A stretch of 64,000 nt of DNA from an uncultured Planctomycetia bacterium (GCA_964634935.1 CAZWJT010000003.1:52323-116322), one strand, 5' to 3'. Counted from the first letter of the stretch, positions 46,590-57,096 are shown. Notes: a model not told the origin generated them from the sequence alone. A program made the numbers and translations.

Positions 46590-47126
46590 ATGAAGTTTCT
46601 TCCGTCCACAATCCCCGGCGTGTTCTCGATTGAAAAAGAAGCTTTTCAAGACGAGAGGGGTTTTTTCTTAAGAACGTTCTGTCAGGAAGAATTTCGGAAG
46701 CATCACATTGATTTTACGGTTCGGCAAACGAACCTGTCTTATAATCGGATCAAGGGAACCTTGAGGGGTTTACATTACCAAAGAGAGCCGTTTCAAGAAG
46801 ACAAGCTTGTTGAATGTATCCGTGGTTCTTTTTATGATGTAATTCTTGATTTGCGGAGAGATTCTCCCGCGTACGGTACCTGGGTTGCTTTTTCGCTTAC
46901 CTGCTGTAAGCCAACAATGATTTATGTTCCGCGCGGATGCGCACACGGCTTTCAAACACTCGAAAACGAAACTTTTCTTTTATACCATATGTCCGAGTTT
47001 TATCATTCGCAGCACGCAACCGGTATCCGATGGAATGATCCTTTTTTCCGTATTTCTTGGCCGCTTCCGAATCCTTTGGTATCTGATCGCGACTCGCAAT
47101 ACCCAGATTTTGAAAGATCAACATGA
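46590..47126 (+). CDS. NDP-4-keto-6-deoxyhexose 3,5-epimerase (cupin, RfbC-like)
   Basis: 178 aa cupin with RGLHYQ and HGFQTLE motifs of RmlC family. Confidence 0.8.
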   Translation: MKFLPSTIPGVFSIEKEAFQDERGFFLRTFCQEEFRKHHIDFTVRQTNLSYNRIKGTLRGLHYQREPFQEDKLVECIRGSFYDVILDLRRDSPAYGTWVAFSLTCCKPTMIYVPRGCAHGFQTLENETFLLYHMSEFYHSQHATGIRWNDPFFRISWPLPNPLVSDRDSQYPDFERST

Positions 47127-48043
47127 ATAAAACGGTGTTGGTGAGCGGAGCGAATGGTTTTATCGGCCGGCACACGCTCCCTCTTTTATTGGAGCGGGGA
47201 TATAATGTGCATGCGCTTCTGTATCCTTCCTGTGACAATTCTCTTAAGGTTTTCCCTTGTCAGTACCATGTATGTGATCTTTTCGATTTTGCGGCACAGA
47301 AAAAAATATTTGAGCAAATCCGTCCTGTGTATCTTATACATTTTGCCTGGATTACAACTCCAAAAATTTATTGGACATCGTTCGATAATTTTCGTTGGGT
47401 TCAGGCGAGTCTCGAGCTTTTCCGGAATTTTATAGAATGTGGGGGTAAACGCATTCTCTGCAGCGGCACTTGCGCTGAATATGACTGGGTAAATGAGCGC
47501 TTATCAGAAACCACTTCTTCTCTGGTTCCTCGTACGTTTTATGGAATATGTAAACGCAGCCTTTCCGAGTTACTTTTTGCCGTTAGCCGGCAAACCAAGG
47601 TTAGCAGCGCCTGGGGGAGGATTTTTTTTGTCTATGGTCCGCATGAACATAAAGAACGGCTCGTCCCTTCTGCGATCCACGCGCTCTTAGGCGGGAACAA
47701 TTTTCGCTGTTTTTCTGGAGAACAAAAGCGGGACTTCCTTTTCGTAGAAGACGTCGCCGCTGCTTTTGTTGCTTTATTGGAAAGTCAGGTTGAAGGAGCG
47801 GTGAATATCGCATCGGGTGCCGCAATTCCTATTCGGGAGTTACTGGAGACACTCAGGCGCACGATTGCTACGACGGGAGTTATCGAGTTTTTCCAGGAAT
47901 CAAAGAATAATCAAGAACCACCGGCGTTGGTTGCCGACATAAAACGGTTAGAACAAGAAGTGCATTGGCGTCCGCGATGGACAATTGAAGAGGGATTAAG
48001 AAAAACTGTTCAATGGCACAGAGAGGTTTTTGGTAATCTATGA
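47123..48043 (+). CDS. NAD(P)-dependent NDP-sugar reductase/epimerase
   Basis: VLVSGANGFIGRH, YGICK. Confidence 0.7.
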   Translation: MNKTVLVSGANGFIGRHTLPLLLERGYNVHALLYPSCDNSLKVFPCQYHVCDLFDFAAQKKIFEQIRPVYLIHFAWITTPKIYWTSFDNFRWVQASLELFRNFIECGGKRILCSGTCAEYDWVNERLSETTSSLVPRTFYGICKRSLSELLFAVSRQTKVSSAWGRIFFVYGPHEHKERLVPSAIHALLGGNNFRCFSGEQKRDFLFVEDVAAAFVALLESQVEGAVNIASGAAIPIRELLETLRRTIATTGVIEFFQESKNNQEPPALVADIKRLEQEVHWRPRWTIEEGLRKTVQWHREVFGNL

Positions 48044-49185
48044 AATGTCCTGTTTGTTCTGCGCATACCACCACACGATTCTTGGTAAGATCAAACATTC
48101 CCGTGCACCAGAATCTTCTCTATAGGAGCCTGAAAGCTGCGCAGCAGGCCGTTCGGGGAGATCTGGTTTTAAGAAGATGCCCGCATTGCGATTTTGTTTT
48201 TAACAGTTCGTTTAATCAGTCGTTGCTTTCCTACGGGAGCGATTATGAGAATACACAAATGCACTCAAAATATTTTGCCCGGCATATCCAATCGCTTCTT
48301 AGATATTTTGTGGGAAAAAGGCAAGCTACCCATAAGCGTATCGTAGAGGTAGGGTGCGGGGAAGGATATTTCTTAAGACTACTCTGCACACAGGGTAAAA
48401 ACGTTGGCGTGGGTTTTGATCCAGCCTATCAAGGACCTTTGTCTGTGGCTGATGGCAGGATTATTTTTCATCGTTCCTTCTTTAATCCGCGCTTGCTTCA
48501 GGAAGTCCCAGATGTCATTGTCTGCCGGCATCTCATAGAGCACATTATCTCTCCTCGAAAGTTTTTAGAGGAGCTGAAGACTATTTCCAAGCAATTCTCA
48601 GGTTGGATGTTTTTTGAAACCCCTTCTCTTGAATGGATTCTACAGCACCATGCCTTCTGGGATTTTTTCTATGAACACAGCTCGTATTTTTGTCAAAGGT
48701 CCTTGGAGGTTTTGTTCGCCGAAGCTGGTTTTCGAGTTATGAGTTGTCAAAGCGTTTTTGGGGGCCAGTATTTTTGGATAGAAATAGCGGGGGCACAGGG
48801 CATATCAAACGAAAGTAAACATAAACGCATTCCGAATGCGTGGTTTGCAAGTTACCAAGACAAAGAGAATGAGCTTGTGCGGTATTGGAGAGAGCGTATT
48901 GAAAAAATAAAGAAAAATGGTAGAGTAGCTCTCTGGGGAGCTGCGGCAAAGGGTACGACTTTTGTCAATCTTATCGACCCTGATAGGGTGCTGATTGATT
49001 GTATTGTTGATCTCAACCCTCGCAAGCAAGGGATGTTTATCCCGGGAACCGGCCATCGTATTATTTCATACGCAGAACTACTGAAGCAGGGTGGAATACA
49101 ATCCGTTTTTGTTATGAACAGGAACTATTATCGAGAAATAAAAGATCTCACAAGGCGAAGTAAACTCAAGCTTTTCTGCTTATGA
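48040..49185 (+). CDS. second TylC3-type C-methyltransferase family protein
   Basis: CPVC...CPHC zinc-ribbon, IVEVGCGEGYF SAM motif, C-terminal domain similar to 45365-46588. Confidence 0.6.
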   Translation: MKCPVCSAHTTTRFLVRSNIPVHQNLLYRSLKAAQQAVRGDLVLRRCPHCDFVFNSSFNQSLLSYGSDYENTQMHSKYFARHIQSLLRYFVGKRQATHKRIVEVGCGEGYFLRLLCTQGKNVGVGFDPAYQGPLSVADGRIIFHRSFFNPRLLQEVPDVIVCRHLIEHIISPRKFLEELKTISKQFSGWMFFETPSLEWILQHHAFWDFFYEHSSYFCQRSLEVLFAEAGFRVMSCQSVFGGQYFWIEIAGAQGISNESKHKRIPNAWFASYQDKENELVRYWRERIEKIKKNGRVALWGAAAKGTTFVNLIDPDRVLIDCIVDLNPRKQGMFIPGTGHRIISYAELLKQGGIQSVFVMNRNYYREIKDLTRRSKLKLFCL

Positions 49186-49195
49186 GAGGTATAAG

Positions 49196-49963
49196 ATGAA
49201 ACTGGTAATTGATACAAAAAAGGAAATTTTAGTAAAAGAAGAAAATGGGAAAAGGGCAGTTTTCAACCTTTACTCGCCCAAGGCATTTGAGATACTGAGT
49301 CAGCAGTGGCTTAAGGTTGGATGGGACCAGAAATATTCTTATTCCTATACTTGGTTGAACCGCCCGGTTATCCAATTGCCTGATGATCTACTCCGGATGC
49401 AGGAAGTTTTATGTACGGTGCGGCCAACCGTGGTTATTGAGACCGGCATTGCGCATGGAGGATCCCTTATTTTTTACGCGAGTATCTTAACGCTTCTGGG
49501 TGAGGGCAGAGTCATAGGCATCGATATTGCAATTAAACCACCTAACCGCAAGGCCATAGAAGCTCATAAGCTTTCTTCGAGAATTTCATTAGTAGAAGGA
49601 AGTTCTACCGAAATTTCGGTGCGGAAAGCAGTCGAACAGATGATAAAGAAGAACGACAGAGTGTTGGTGGTTTTAGACTCATGCCATACAAAAAGGCATG
49701 TTGAAGAAGAGCTTAACGCATACTATAAGCTTGTTACAAAAGGTTCCTATCTTGTCGCTACCGACGGCATTATGAAGGATTTATCAGATACTCCCCGGGG
49801 GAAAAAAGAATGGATTTTTGATAATCCTGTTTGCGCAGTAAGAAAATTTTTAAAGCAACATCCTGAATTTCGGCTGGAACGCCCACCCAGGATTTTTAAT
49901 GAAAGTAAGTTGCCCAAAGATATCACTTATTGGCCGAGCGCGTACCTGAAGCGTATTTCATAA
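49196..49963 (+). CDS. CmcI/cephalosporin-hydroxylase-family methyltransferase (sugar O-methyltransferase-like)
   Basis: WLNRPVIQLPDDLLRMQE...VVIETGIAHGGSL typical of CmcI family. Confidence 0.65.
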   Translation: MKLVIDTKKEILVKEENGKRAVFNLYSPKAFEILSQQWLKVGWDQKYSYSYTWLNRPVIQLPDDLLRMQEVLCTVRPTVVIETGIAHGGSLIFYASILTLLGEGRVIGIDIAIKPPNRKAIEAHKLSSRISLVEGSSTEISVRKAVEQMIKKNDRVLVVLDSCHTKRHVEEELNAYYKLVTKGSYLVATDGIMKDLSDTPRGKKEWIFDNPVCAVRKFLKQHPEFRLERPPRIFNESKLPKDITYWPSAYLKRIS

Positions 49964-49974
49964 TAATCTGCTCT

Positions 49975-51006
49975 ATGCCGACAGTGACTCTTACAAATCA
50001 AGCCCTCAGTTTTCTCACCCCGTATTTGGAGTATTTTGAAAGTGTTTCCTGCCCTCTTTGCAAAAAAGACGACGCAACTGTCATTGGGAGAAATAGTCGA
50101 GGCGGCATTCAGATTAATACCGTAATCTGTAATACCTGCACGCTTATTTATCTCAACCCGCGCCTTTCGCAAAAGAAATATAAAGAGTTTTACGCAACGG
50201 GGGATTATTTAAAATTTTTACAAGTTGTGAAAGGCAGAAAGTCAGAAGAGAGTGATTCAAAAGAAGAAAGCGATCATAAATTCTTGCGGCGTAAAGAAGC
50301 CGGCTGTTTTATCGCTAAGAAATATTTTAAAGATTTTTTGTCTACCCGGGATATTTATTTTGATATTGGATGTGGTTTTGGGGGCATACTCGCAGGCGTT
50401 CGGGATGTTTGTCAATGTGAGATTGCCGGGAATGAGCCGGCGCTTTTTTGTGCCGAGTATGCTCAAAAAAGATTAAACGCGCCTATTGTACAGTGTGCCG
50501 TTGAAGATTTAGAGCAAAAAGAAGGGGAAGCTTATTGGCATAAATGTAAACTCGTTTCGATCTTGAGTACATTGCGGCATGTGGACAATCCTTGTTTGTG
50601 TCTTATGGTTGCAAATAAGTTATTGATGGAAGGCGGGTATCTTTATATTGAGGTCGCCGATCTCATACGGAAAATGGCATTAACAGGAAAAACTCTCGAG
50701 AGTTTTTCCACTATTGATCACCCGTACAATTATCATAACTATAACTTGCAATACTTACTGAGTATGTGTGGGTTTAGCGTAGTCCGGTTTACGTACAAAA
50801 GCAAAACATCCAGCATGATGGAGGTGTTGGCCCGAAAGGAAAAAGGGATAAGCACCAGCATAGGCTGTGGCCCAGCGCAAATCATTGCACAAATTATTTC
50901 TTTAGATACCAGTATACGGACAGCAAGGAGAAGTAATTGGTTTTCGGTTGTGAAATTCTTCCATTGGGCAAAAAAAATGAAGAGTAGATTGTGTCGTGCA
51001 TGGTAA
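49975..51006 (+). CDS. class I SAM-dependent methyltransferase with N-terminal Cys-rich region
   Basis: CPLC...CNTC then YFDIGCGFGG motif I. Confidence 0.55.
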   Translation: MPTVTLTNQALSFLTPYLEYFESVSCPLCKKDDATVIGRNSRGGIQINTVICNTCTLIYLNPRLSQKKYKEFYATGDYLKFLQVVKGRKSEESDSKEESDHKFLRRKEAGCFIAKKYFKDFLSTRDIYFDIGCGFGGILAGVRDVCQCEIAGNEPALFCAEYAQKRLNAPIVQCAVEDLEQKEGEAYWHKCKLVSILSTLRHVDNPCLCLMVANKLLMEGGYLYIEVADLIRKMALTGKTLESFSTIDHPYNYHNYNLQYLLSMCGFSVVRFTYKSKTSSMMEVLARKEKGISTSIGCGPAQIIAQIISLDTSIRTARRSNWFSVVKFFHWAKKMKSRLCRAW

Positions 51007-51031
51007 GATTGAGCAATAACGCGGAAGAAAT

Positions 51032-51913
51032 ATGGAAAAAGTAAGCATTGGATTACCTGTTTATAATGGGCAGGCATACTTAAAATACGCTCTCGAAGCT
51101 CTTTTGCGTCAAGATTATTCCAATATTGAGCTGATCATTTCCGATAATGCCTCTACAGATGATACTCCAGCAATCTGTCATGAATATAGCATGCGTCATA
51201 GCAGATTGCGATACGAAAGAAATGCTACAACTACGAATGTTTTTCTTAATTTCCGCAAAGTCTTCGAGCTTTCTACGGGTGAATACTTTATGTGGGCAAG
51301 TTCAGATGACCTATGGGCGAATAACTATGTTTCAGCGCTTGTTGAACTTTTGCAGGCATATTCTCATGCGGTTTTAGCTTTTTCTCCGGTACAGAGGATT
51401 GACCAATTTGGCAGACAATTGGGGAAACCTACGCAAGCCAGGAGTGATCATCCGAGGACGAACGCCGTTGGAAGGGTGATAAAGAATCTCCAGCGTAACT
51501 CCTGCAGTATTTTTTATGGTTTATTCCGGCGGCAGATACTTGAGAAAACTTCAGTCTTTCCGGAGCTAGGAATTCCGCCAGACCTTGCTTTATTAGCAGA
51601 GATTTCTTGTTACGGTTCGTTCGCTGGAACGAGCAAGACGATTTTTTATCGCCGGAAACACACTCAACAGGTAAATCGGCTGAGAGATGACGTTGAGCAT
51701 AACCAAGCTATCGTATTAAAATGGTGTTTGGATAGGAGAACCCAGCAATGGATCAATTCTTTGTATCTTTCAGGACCAGAAAGGAAGAAAGTCGAGAGGG
51801 TTCTTGCCAAGGAGATTTTCCTCCATAATAAAGGAGGGTCTTTTGTGCGAAAAGCAGTACGCGCGTTGAAACGAAAAAAGCAATTTTTCATGAAACCTTC
51901 ATTTATTTCTTAA
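51032..51913 (+). CDS. family 2 glycosyltransferase
   Basis: VSIGLPVYNGQAYL, ISDNASTD. Confidence 0.8.
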   Translation: MEKVSIGLPVYNGQAYLKYALEALLRQDYSNIELIISDNASTDDTPAICHEYSMRHSRLRYERNATTTNVFLNFRKVFELSTGEYFMWASSDDLWANNYVSALVELLQAYSHAVLAFSPVQRIDQFGRQLGKPTQARSDHPRTNAVGRVIKNLQRNSCSIFYGLFRRQILEKTSVFPELGIPPDLALLAEISCYGSFAGTSKTIFYRRKHTQQVNRLRDDVEHNQAIVLKWCLDRRTQQWINSLYLSGPERKKVERVLAKEIFLHNKGGSFVRKAVRALKRKKQFFMKPSFIS

Positions 51914-52014
51914 GCGAACCCGATTTTCAGCCTAAAAAAACACTATCTCCAAGTAAACAGCTAGCGTATAATATATGATACTGAGTAAATGATATTTTTG
52001 AAGGAGTGGAGGAT

Positions 52015-52776
52015 ATGCGACACAATACACTGAAGCAATCGATGTTTCGGCGTCGCTATACGGTCGGCTCTTGGATCACCCAGGCTGAACCCTCGATAGC
52101 GGAAATTATGGTAGACGCTGGATTTGAATGGTTGGTCGTTGATATGGAGCATTCAGCGATTACTTTTGCACAAGCCCAGGATCTCGTACGGGTTATTTCT
52201 CGAGCCGGGAGCATACCTCTTGTGCGGGTAGGTGAGAATAGCCAAAATTTTATCAAGCGAGCAATGGATATAGGAGCATATGGAGTAGTGGTGCCGATGG
52301 TTAATACTGCTTCTGATGCCCAACGTGCAGTCGAATCGGTAAAATATCCTCCGTGGGGGAAGCGAGGGGTTGGGCTTGCTCGGGCTCAAGGTTATGGGTT
52401 AAGTTTTGAAACGTACAAACGATGGGTAAACAAAGAAACCGTTGTTATTGCGCAAATCGAACATATTGAGGCTGTTCGGAATCTGGAAGAAATTTTATCA
52501 ATTCGCGGAATTGACGGAACTATCATCGGACCATATGATCTTTCTGCTTCTCTGGGGGTTCCCGGTGATTTTCAGCACCCAGAATTTACAAAAGCCGTGT
52601 CCCATTATGAGAGTACTTGTAGAACGATGAAAAAACCAGCAGGATTCCATGTAGTCAGACCGGATGTGCTCCAAGTGCGGCTGCGCCGCAAACATGGATA
52701 CTGTTTTATAGCCGTTGGATTAGATACGCTTTATTTAGGAGAAAAATGCCGAGAAATTCTACGAAAGATCCGTTAA
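52015..52776 (+). CDS. HpcH/HpaI-family class II pyruvate (2-keto-3-deoxy acid) aldolase
   Basis: WLVVDMEHS, PLVRV, VVPMVNTASDA motifs; AAGGAG RBS 8 nt before ATG 52015. Confidence 0.75.
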   Translation: MRHNTLKQSMFRRRYTVGSWITQAEPSIAEIMVDAGFEWLVVDMEHSAITFAQAQDLVRVISRAGSIPLVRVGENSQNFIKRAMDIGAYGVVVPMVNTASDAQRAVESVKYPPWGKRGVGLARAQGYGLSFETYKRWVNKETVVIAQIEHIEAVRNLEEILSIRGIDGTIIGPYDLSASLGVPGDFQHPEFTKAVSHYESTCRTMKKPAGFHVVRPDVLQVRLRRKHGYCFIAVGLDTLYLGEKCREILRKIR

Positions 52777-53759
52777 ATAATTATGATGCCATGCGTCCGC
52801 AAGACCTTTATGCTGAAGTGTTGCGTCAGCGGGAAACTGATGGGCAAGCTTTTTTTGCTCTCTACCACGATAAATTTGTGGAGGTTGCGTGTCCCGTATG
52901 CGGGAATAATGGCATATTCTCCTTTGTAAAGTATGGTTTTTTACATCGGACCTGCGGTGAATGTCATACTTTGTTTTGTTCCCCTCGACCCCCGGAAGAC
53001 TTACTCTCTTTATATTATACCCAGTATAAAGCTCCCCAACTCTGGACGGAGCTTGTTATAAAAACAGATGCTCTCCGCAAATCCGTTCAATATCTACCCC
53101 GAGTTGAAGCAATTCTGGCGATTATAAAACAGCAAGGTGTTTCTCAGGGCGGACGGGCATTAGACATAGGAGCGGGGAGCGGGGCTTTTTCCCTTTGTCT
53201 TAAAAATACAAAATTTTTCCACCAGGTTATTGCGCTTGATATTTCCGAACCATGCGTACACGCCTGCCAGTCGCAGGGGTTAGAAGCACAATTGGGAACC
53301 ATTTTTGACATAGCCGACGATTCTTTTGATTTTGTTTGCACAAATGATTTTATTGAGCATTTATTCGATCCGGGTATTTTTTTAGAACAATGCTTCCGGA
53401 TTTTGCGCAAAGGCGGTTATTTATCAATAGCAACCCCGAACGGCGAGGGTTTCGATTTCAAGATTTTGAGAGAAAAAACCAACAATATTACTCCTCCAGA
53501 GCATCTTACCTATTTGAACCCCGTTTCCTTAAGTTTTCTGCTCAAGCGCACAGGTTTTTCTCCGGTTAGTATTCTGACTCCCGGAAAGCTGGATGTTGAG
53601 ATTATACAGAAAGAAAAAGCATCAGGGTATCCTCTCGCGGATAAAAATCAATACATAGATTATCTTTTAGGTCTGGACGAGCAAACTGTATGTAATTTCC
53701 AGAAATTTCTTGTAGAAAACGGGCTTTCAAGTCACATGGTGGCTGTTGCTCATAAATAA
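52746..53759 (+). CDS. class I SAM-dependent methyltransferase with N-terminal zinc-ribbon
   Basis: CPVCGNNG...CGEC and ALDIGAGSGAF motif I. Confidence 0.6.
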   Translation: MPRNSTKDPLNNYDAMRPQDLYAEVLRQRETDGQAFFALYHDKFVEVACPVCGNNGIFSFVKYGFLHRTCGECHTLFCSPRPPEDLLSLYYTQYKAPQLWTELVIKTDALRKSVQYLPRVEAILAIIKQQGVSQGGRALDIGAGSGAFSLCLKNTKFFHQVIALDISEPCVHACQSQGLEAQLGTIFDIADDSFDFVCTNDFIEHLFDPGIFLEQCFRILRKGGYLSIATPNGEGFDFKILREKTNNITPPEHLTYLNPVSLSFLLKRTGFSPVSILTPGKLDVEIIQKEKASGYPLADKNQYIDYLLGLDEQTVCNFQKFLVENGLSSHMVAVAHK

Positions 53760-53768
53760 GGAGAAATC

Positions 53769-54554
53769 ATGAATATTGTCGGTATTATTCCTGCCCGGAT
53801 GGGATCCAGTCGGTTCCCCGGTAAACCTTTAATGCCCATATGCGGGATACCGATGATTGGTCATGTATATTTACGAAGTAAAATGTGTAAGGCGCTCTCT
53901 GCGGTCTATGTTGCTACCTGTGATACCGAAATAGAACAGTATCTTCATTCAATCAATGGAAACGTGATTATGACTTCTTCAGCTCATGAGCGAGCCTCAG
54001 ATAGAACAGCAGAAGCTCTTTTAAAGATTGAGGAAACTCGGAAAGAAAAAATAGACATAGTCGTTATGATTCAAGGCGATGAACCTATGCTTGTGCCTGA
54101 AATGATTGAGCAGGCAGTGAGACCTCTGTATGAAGATCAGTCATGCCATGTCGTTAATCTTATGGCTTGTTTAACCTCAGAAGATGAACAAAAAGACCAG
54201 AATGAAATAAAAGTTGTGGTGGATCTCAAGAATTTCGCTCTCTATTTTTCTCGTAGCCCAATTCCCTATCGGAAAAAAGACGCTCCGCCCACCCCTGTTT
54301 ATAAGCAGGTATGTATTATTCCGTTCCGGAGAAATTTTCTTCTCGAATACAATAATCTTGCAACCACCCCTCTAGAGAAGGCAGAATCGATTGACATGTT
54401 GCGTGTTCTTGAGCATGGTCATAAAGTGAAGATGGTTTTGACTTCCTTTGTGACCTACAGCGTTGATACGCCTGATGATCTTCGGGAGGTTGAAGAAGTG
54501 ATGAAGGGGGATTCTTTGATTTCTTCATATCAAAAGGGCGCGGCAAAAAGATGA
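53769..54554 (+). CDS. KdsB-type 3-deoxy-ulosonate cytidylyltransferase
   Basis: IVGIIPARMGSSRFPGKPL...GIPMIGHV is the KdsB (CMP-Kdo synthetase) N-terminal signature, distinct from the two NeuA-type genes. Confidence 0.8.
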   Translation: MNIVGIIPARMGSSRFPGKPLMPICGIPMIGHVYLRSKMCKALSAVYVATCDTEIEQYLHSINGNVIMTSSAHERASDRTAEALLKIEETRKEKIDIVVMIQGDEPMLVPEMIEQAVRPLYEDQSCHVVNLMACLTSEDEQKDQNEIKVVVDLKNFALYFSRSPIPYRKKDAPPTPVYKQVCIIPFRRNFLLEYNNLATTPLEKAESIDMLRVLEHGHKVKMVLTSFVTYSVDTPDDLREVEEVMKGDSLISSYQKGAAKR

Positions 54555-55471
54555 AGATAGCCATCACAACGACATCATTCGGCGTGCACGATGATGCGCC
54601 GCTTGCGAAGCTGCGCGCCAAGAATTGTGAAGTTGTTTTGAATCCTTACAAGCGCACCATCACCACCCAGGAACTCATCCAGCTGGCCTCTGATGTCGAA
54701 GGTTTGATTGCTGGTACTGAGCCGATTACAGAAGAAGCGCTTGAGCAAATGCGGAATTTGCGGGTCATTTCCCGTTGCGGTGTTGGTGTTGATTCTATCG
54801 ATGTCATCGCGGCTTCAACAAAGGGAATAGCGGTATTGAATACCCCCCAAGCTCCGACCGTTGCCGTAGCTGAATTGACCGTTGGATTTATGATCATGCT
54901 TCTTCGGCGCGTCGCAACGATGAACCAAAACATACGCCAGGGTATTTGGAATAAGATGATGGGGAATCTTCTTTGCCGCAAACGGGTGGGGATAGTGGGT
55001 TTTGGAAACATAGGAAAGAAAGTAGCTACTCTGCTAGGGTCGTTTGGAGTTGAAATAAGATACTACGATCTTTCCAAGAGCCAGGTTAATCCAGGTTGCC
55101 AATTTATGGATTTTGATCCTTTGCTCCAATGGGCGGATATTATTACCATACATGCATCGAGCAAGAATAAAAAAATGATCCTTGGAGCGCGTGAATTTGC
55201 TTTGATGAGGCAAGGAGCATGGCTCGTCAACGTTTCTCGGGGCGGGTTAGTAGATGAAGATGCTCTCTATGCTGCGGTGGCAAACAAGCATCTTGCTGGT
55301 GCAGCGTGCGATGTATTTATGCAAGAACCGTATACGGGGCCTTTGGCTAGGCTGGATAATATTATTCTTACTCCCCATATCGGTTCTTATGCTGTTGAAG
55401 CGAGAATAGCTATGGAAATGCAGGCAGTTGATAATCTCCTTGAAGTATTGGAACACAATAAAAGTAAGTAA
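54551..55471 (+). CDS. D-isomer-specific 2-hydroxyacid dehydrogenase
   Basis: VGIVGFGNIGKKVA NAD motif, catalytic domain layout of PGDH/GDH-like family. Confidence 0.85.
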   Translation: MKIAITTTSFGVHDDAPLAKLRAKNCEVVLNPYKRTITTQELIQLASDVEGLIAGTEPITEEALEQMRNLRVISRCGVGVDSIDVIAASTKGIAVLNTPQAPTVAVAELTVGFMIMLLRRVATMNQNIRQGIWNKMMGNLLCRKRVGIVGFGNIGKKVATLLGSFGVEIRYYDLSKSQVNPGCQFMDFDPLLQWADIITIHASSKNKKMILGAREFALMRQGAWLVNVSRGGLVDEDALYAAVANKHLAGAACDVFMQEPYTGPLARLDNIILTPHIGSYAVEARIAMEMQAVDNLLEVLEHNKSK

Positions 55472-55484
55472 TTTGGTAATTCCC

Positions 55485-56174
55485 ATGACTGTCTATCTGT
55501 CGCATGTGTTAACTCGGCACATTCCTGTGTATGGGGTTCCTAGACAGCGATTGAGCATCAAGAAAACTGAACGGGGTAGTCGCAATAATTTCTGCCAGAC
55601 ACATTGGTTTGGCATGGAAAATCATTGGGGAACTCATGTTGATTGTCCGGCCCATTTTTTCCGTCGGGGACAATGTGTCGCAGATTATCCGTCTGATTTC
55701 TGGTTTTTTCAACATCCTCAAGTACTGCATCTGGATCTTGCTCTTGGCCAGATTCTTCGGCAGCAGGATATTCCGGGCAGGGTAGATATGAGTACGGATT
55801 TGCTACTTCTTTGTTCTGGCTTAAGTCGATTGCGTGGAAGTACAGCGTATAGCCGCAATAATCCTGGATTACATCCCGAGATTGGTTTTTGGTTACGAAA
55901 ACACTATCCCAACTTGCGAGCAATAGGAATTGATTGGATATCGATTTCTTCTTTTCAGCAGCGGGATTTAGGTAAAAAGGCACATCAGGCATTCTTAAAT
56001 CCTAAGGCTCCGGGTCATCCGATTTTGATCGTGGAAGACATGAATCTTTCCGGTGGCTTAAAACAGCTTAAGCAAGCGTTGATCATTCCATTAATCATAG
56101 AGGGCATCGATAGCGCTCCCTGTACGGCAATCGGCGTTTTAAAGCGGAGAAGCGCTTCAATGAAGGAGGGATAG
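55485..56174 (+). CDS. cyclase-family (kynurenine-formamidase-like) protein
   Basis: NHWGTHVDCPAHF HxGTHxD motif; start set to ATG 55485 after upstream stop. Confidence 0.5.
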   Translation: MTVYLSHVLTRHIPVYGVPRQRLSIKKTERGSRNNFCQTHWFGMENHWGTHVDCPAHFFRRGQCVADYPSDFWFFQHPQVLHLDLALGQILRQQDIPGRVDMSTDLLLLCSGLSRLRGSTAYSRNNPGLHPEIGFWLRKHYPNLRAIGIDWISISSFQQRDLGKKAHQAFLNPKAPGHPILIVEDMNLSGGLKQLKQALIIPLIIEGIDSAPCTAIGVLKRRSASMKEG

Positions 56175-56178
56175 TTTC

Positions 56179-57096
56179 ATGAAAGCAATAGTTTTTGGTG
56201 GTTCTGGATTCCTGGGCAGCCATGTTGCTGATGCGCTTACTGAGCGAGGATTTTCTGTTACTATTTACGATCGCAATCCATCAGCGTATCGCCGGGATAC
56301 CCAGAAGATGATTATCGGGGATATCCTTGACGTGAAATCCGTCAGCACTGCAATACAGGGGAACGCCTATGTCTATAATTTTGCTGGAATCGCCGATATA
56401 AAAGAGGCGTGTACTGATCCGCGAAAGACGGTAGAAGTGAATATTCTCGGGAGTACAAATATTTTGGAAGCGTGCCGCTTACACCAGGTAAAAAGGTACA
56501 TTTTTGCAAGCTCAATCTACGTGTACAGCGATATAGCGCCATTTTACCGGAGCAGTAAGCAGTCTTGTGAGTTTATTACTGAGGATTATTACAATCTTTT
56601 CGGGCTAGACTATACAATTCTGCGCTATGGATCGCTTTACGGGAAAAGAGCAAATCAGTTTAATTTTATCTACCGGACGATACAGGAAGCAATCGTAACG
56701 GGAAAGATTACACGGAAAGGCGACGGAGAAGAAATTCGCGATTATATCAATGTGCTTGATGCTGCCAGATGCAGCGTGGATATTTTGTCTGAAGAATACA
56801 AGAACCAGTATGTTTTGTTGACCGGGGCCCAATCAGTCAAAGTAAAAGATCTTTTAATTATGATTCAGGAGATTTTTCAGGGCAAGATTAAAATCGAATA
56901 TCATTCTGAGTCTGACAAGGATCATTATGAAATTACCCCTTATGCTTTTCGCCCTCGCCCGGCAAAAAAGATTGCGCTTAAGGAATATTATGATTTAGGG
57001 CAAGGGATTCTTGATGTCATCTACGAAGTATATTCGAACTCTGCTGACGCCACAAAAGAACTATCTTTTCTCAAGAAAATCTTCGATACGCCGTGA
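56179..57096 (+). CDS. NAD-dependent sugar epimerase/dehydratase
   Basis: AIVFGGSGFLGSHV, YRSSK. Confidence 0.75.
   Translation: MKAIVFGGSGFLGSHVADALTERGFSVTIYDRNPSAYRRDTQKMIIGDILDVKSVSTAIQGNAYVYNFAGIADIKEACTDPRKTVEVNILGSTNILEACRLHQVKRYIFASSIYVYSDIAPFYRSSKQSCEFITEDYYNLFGLDYTILRYGSLYGKRANQFNFIYRTIQEAIVTGKITRKGDGEEIRDYINVLDAARCSVDILSEEYKNQYVLLTGAQSVKVKDLLIMIQEIFQGKIKIEYHSESDKDHYEITPYAFRPRPAKKIALKEYYDLGQGILDVIYEVYSNSADATKELSFLKKIFDTP

Noticed and set aside
55558-55992. 144-aa minus-strand ORF
   Set aside because: Antisense to the cyclase-family gene bearing the HxGTHxD motif.
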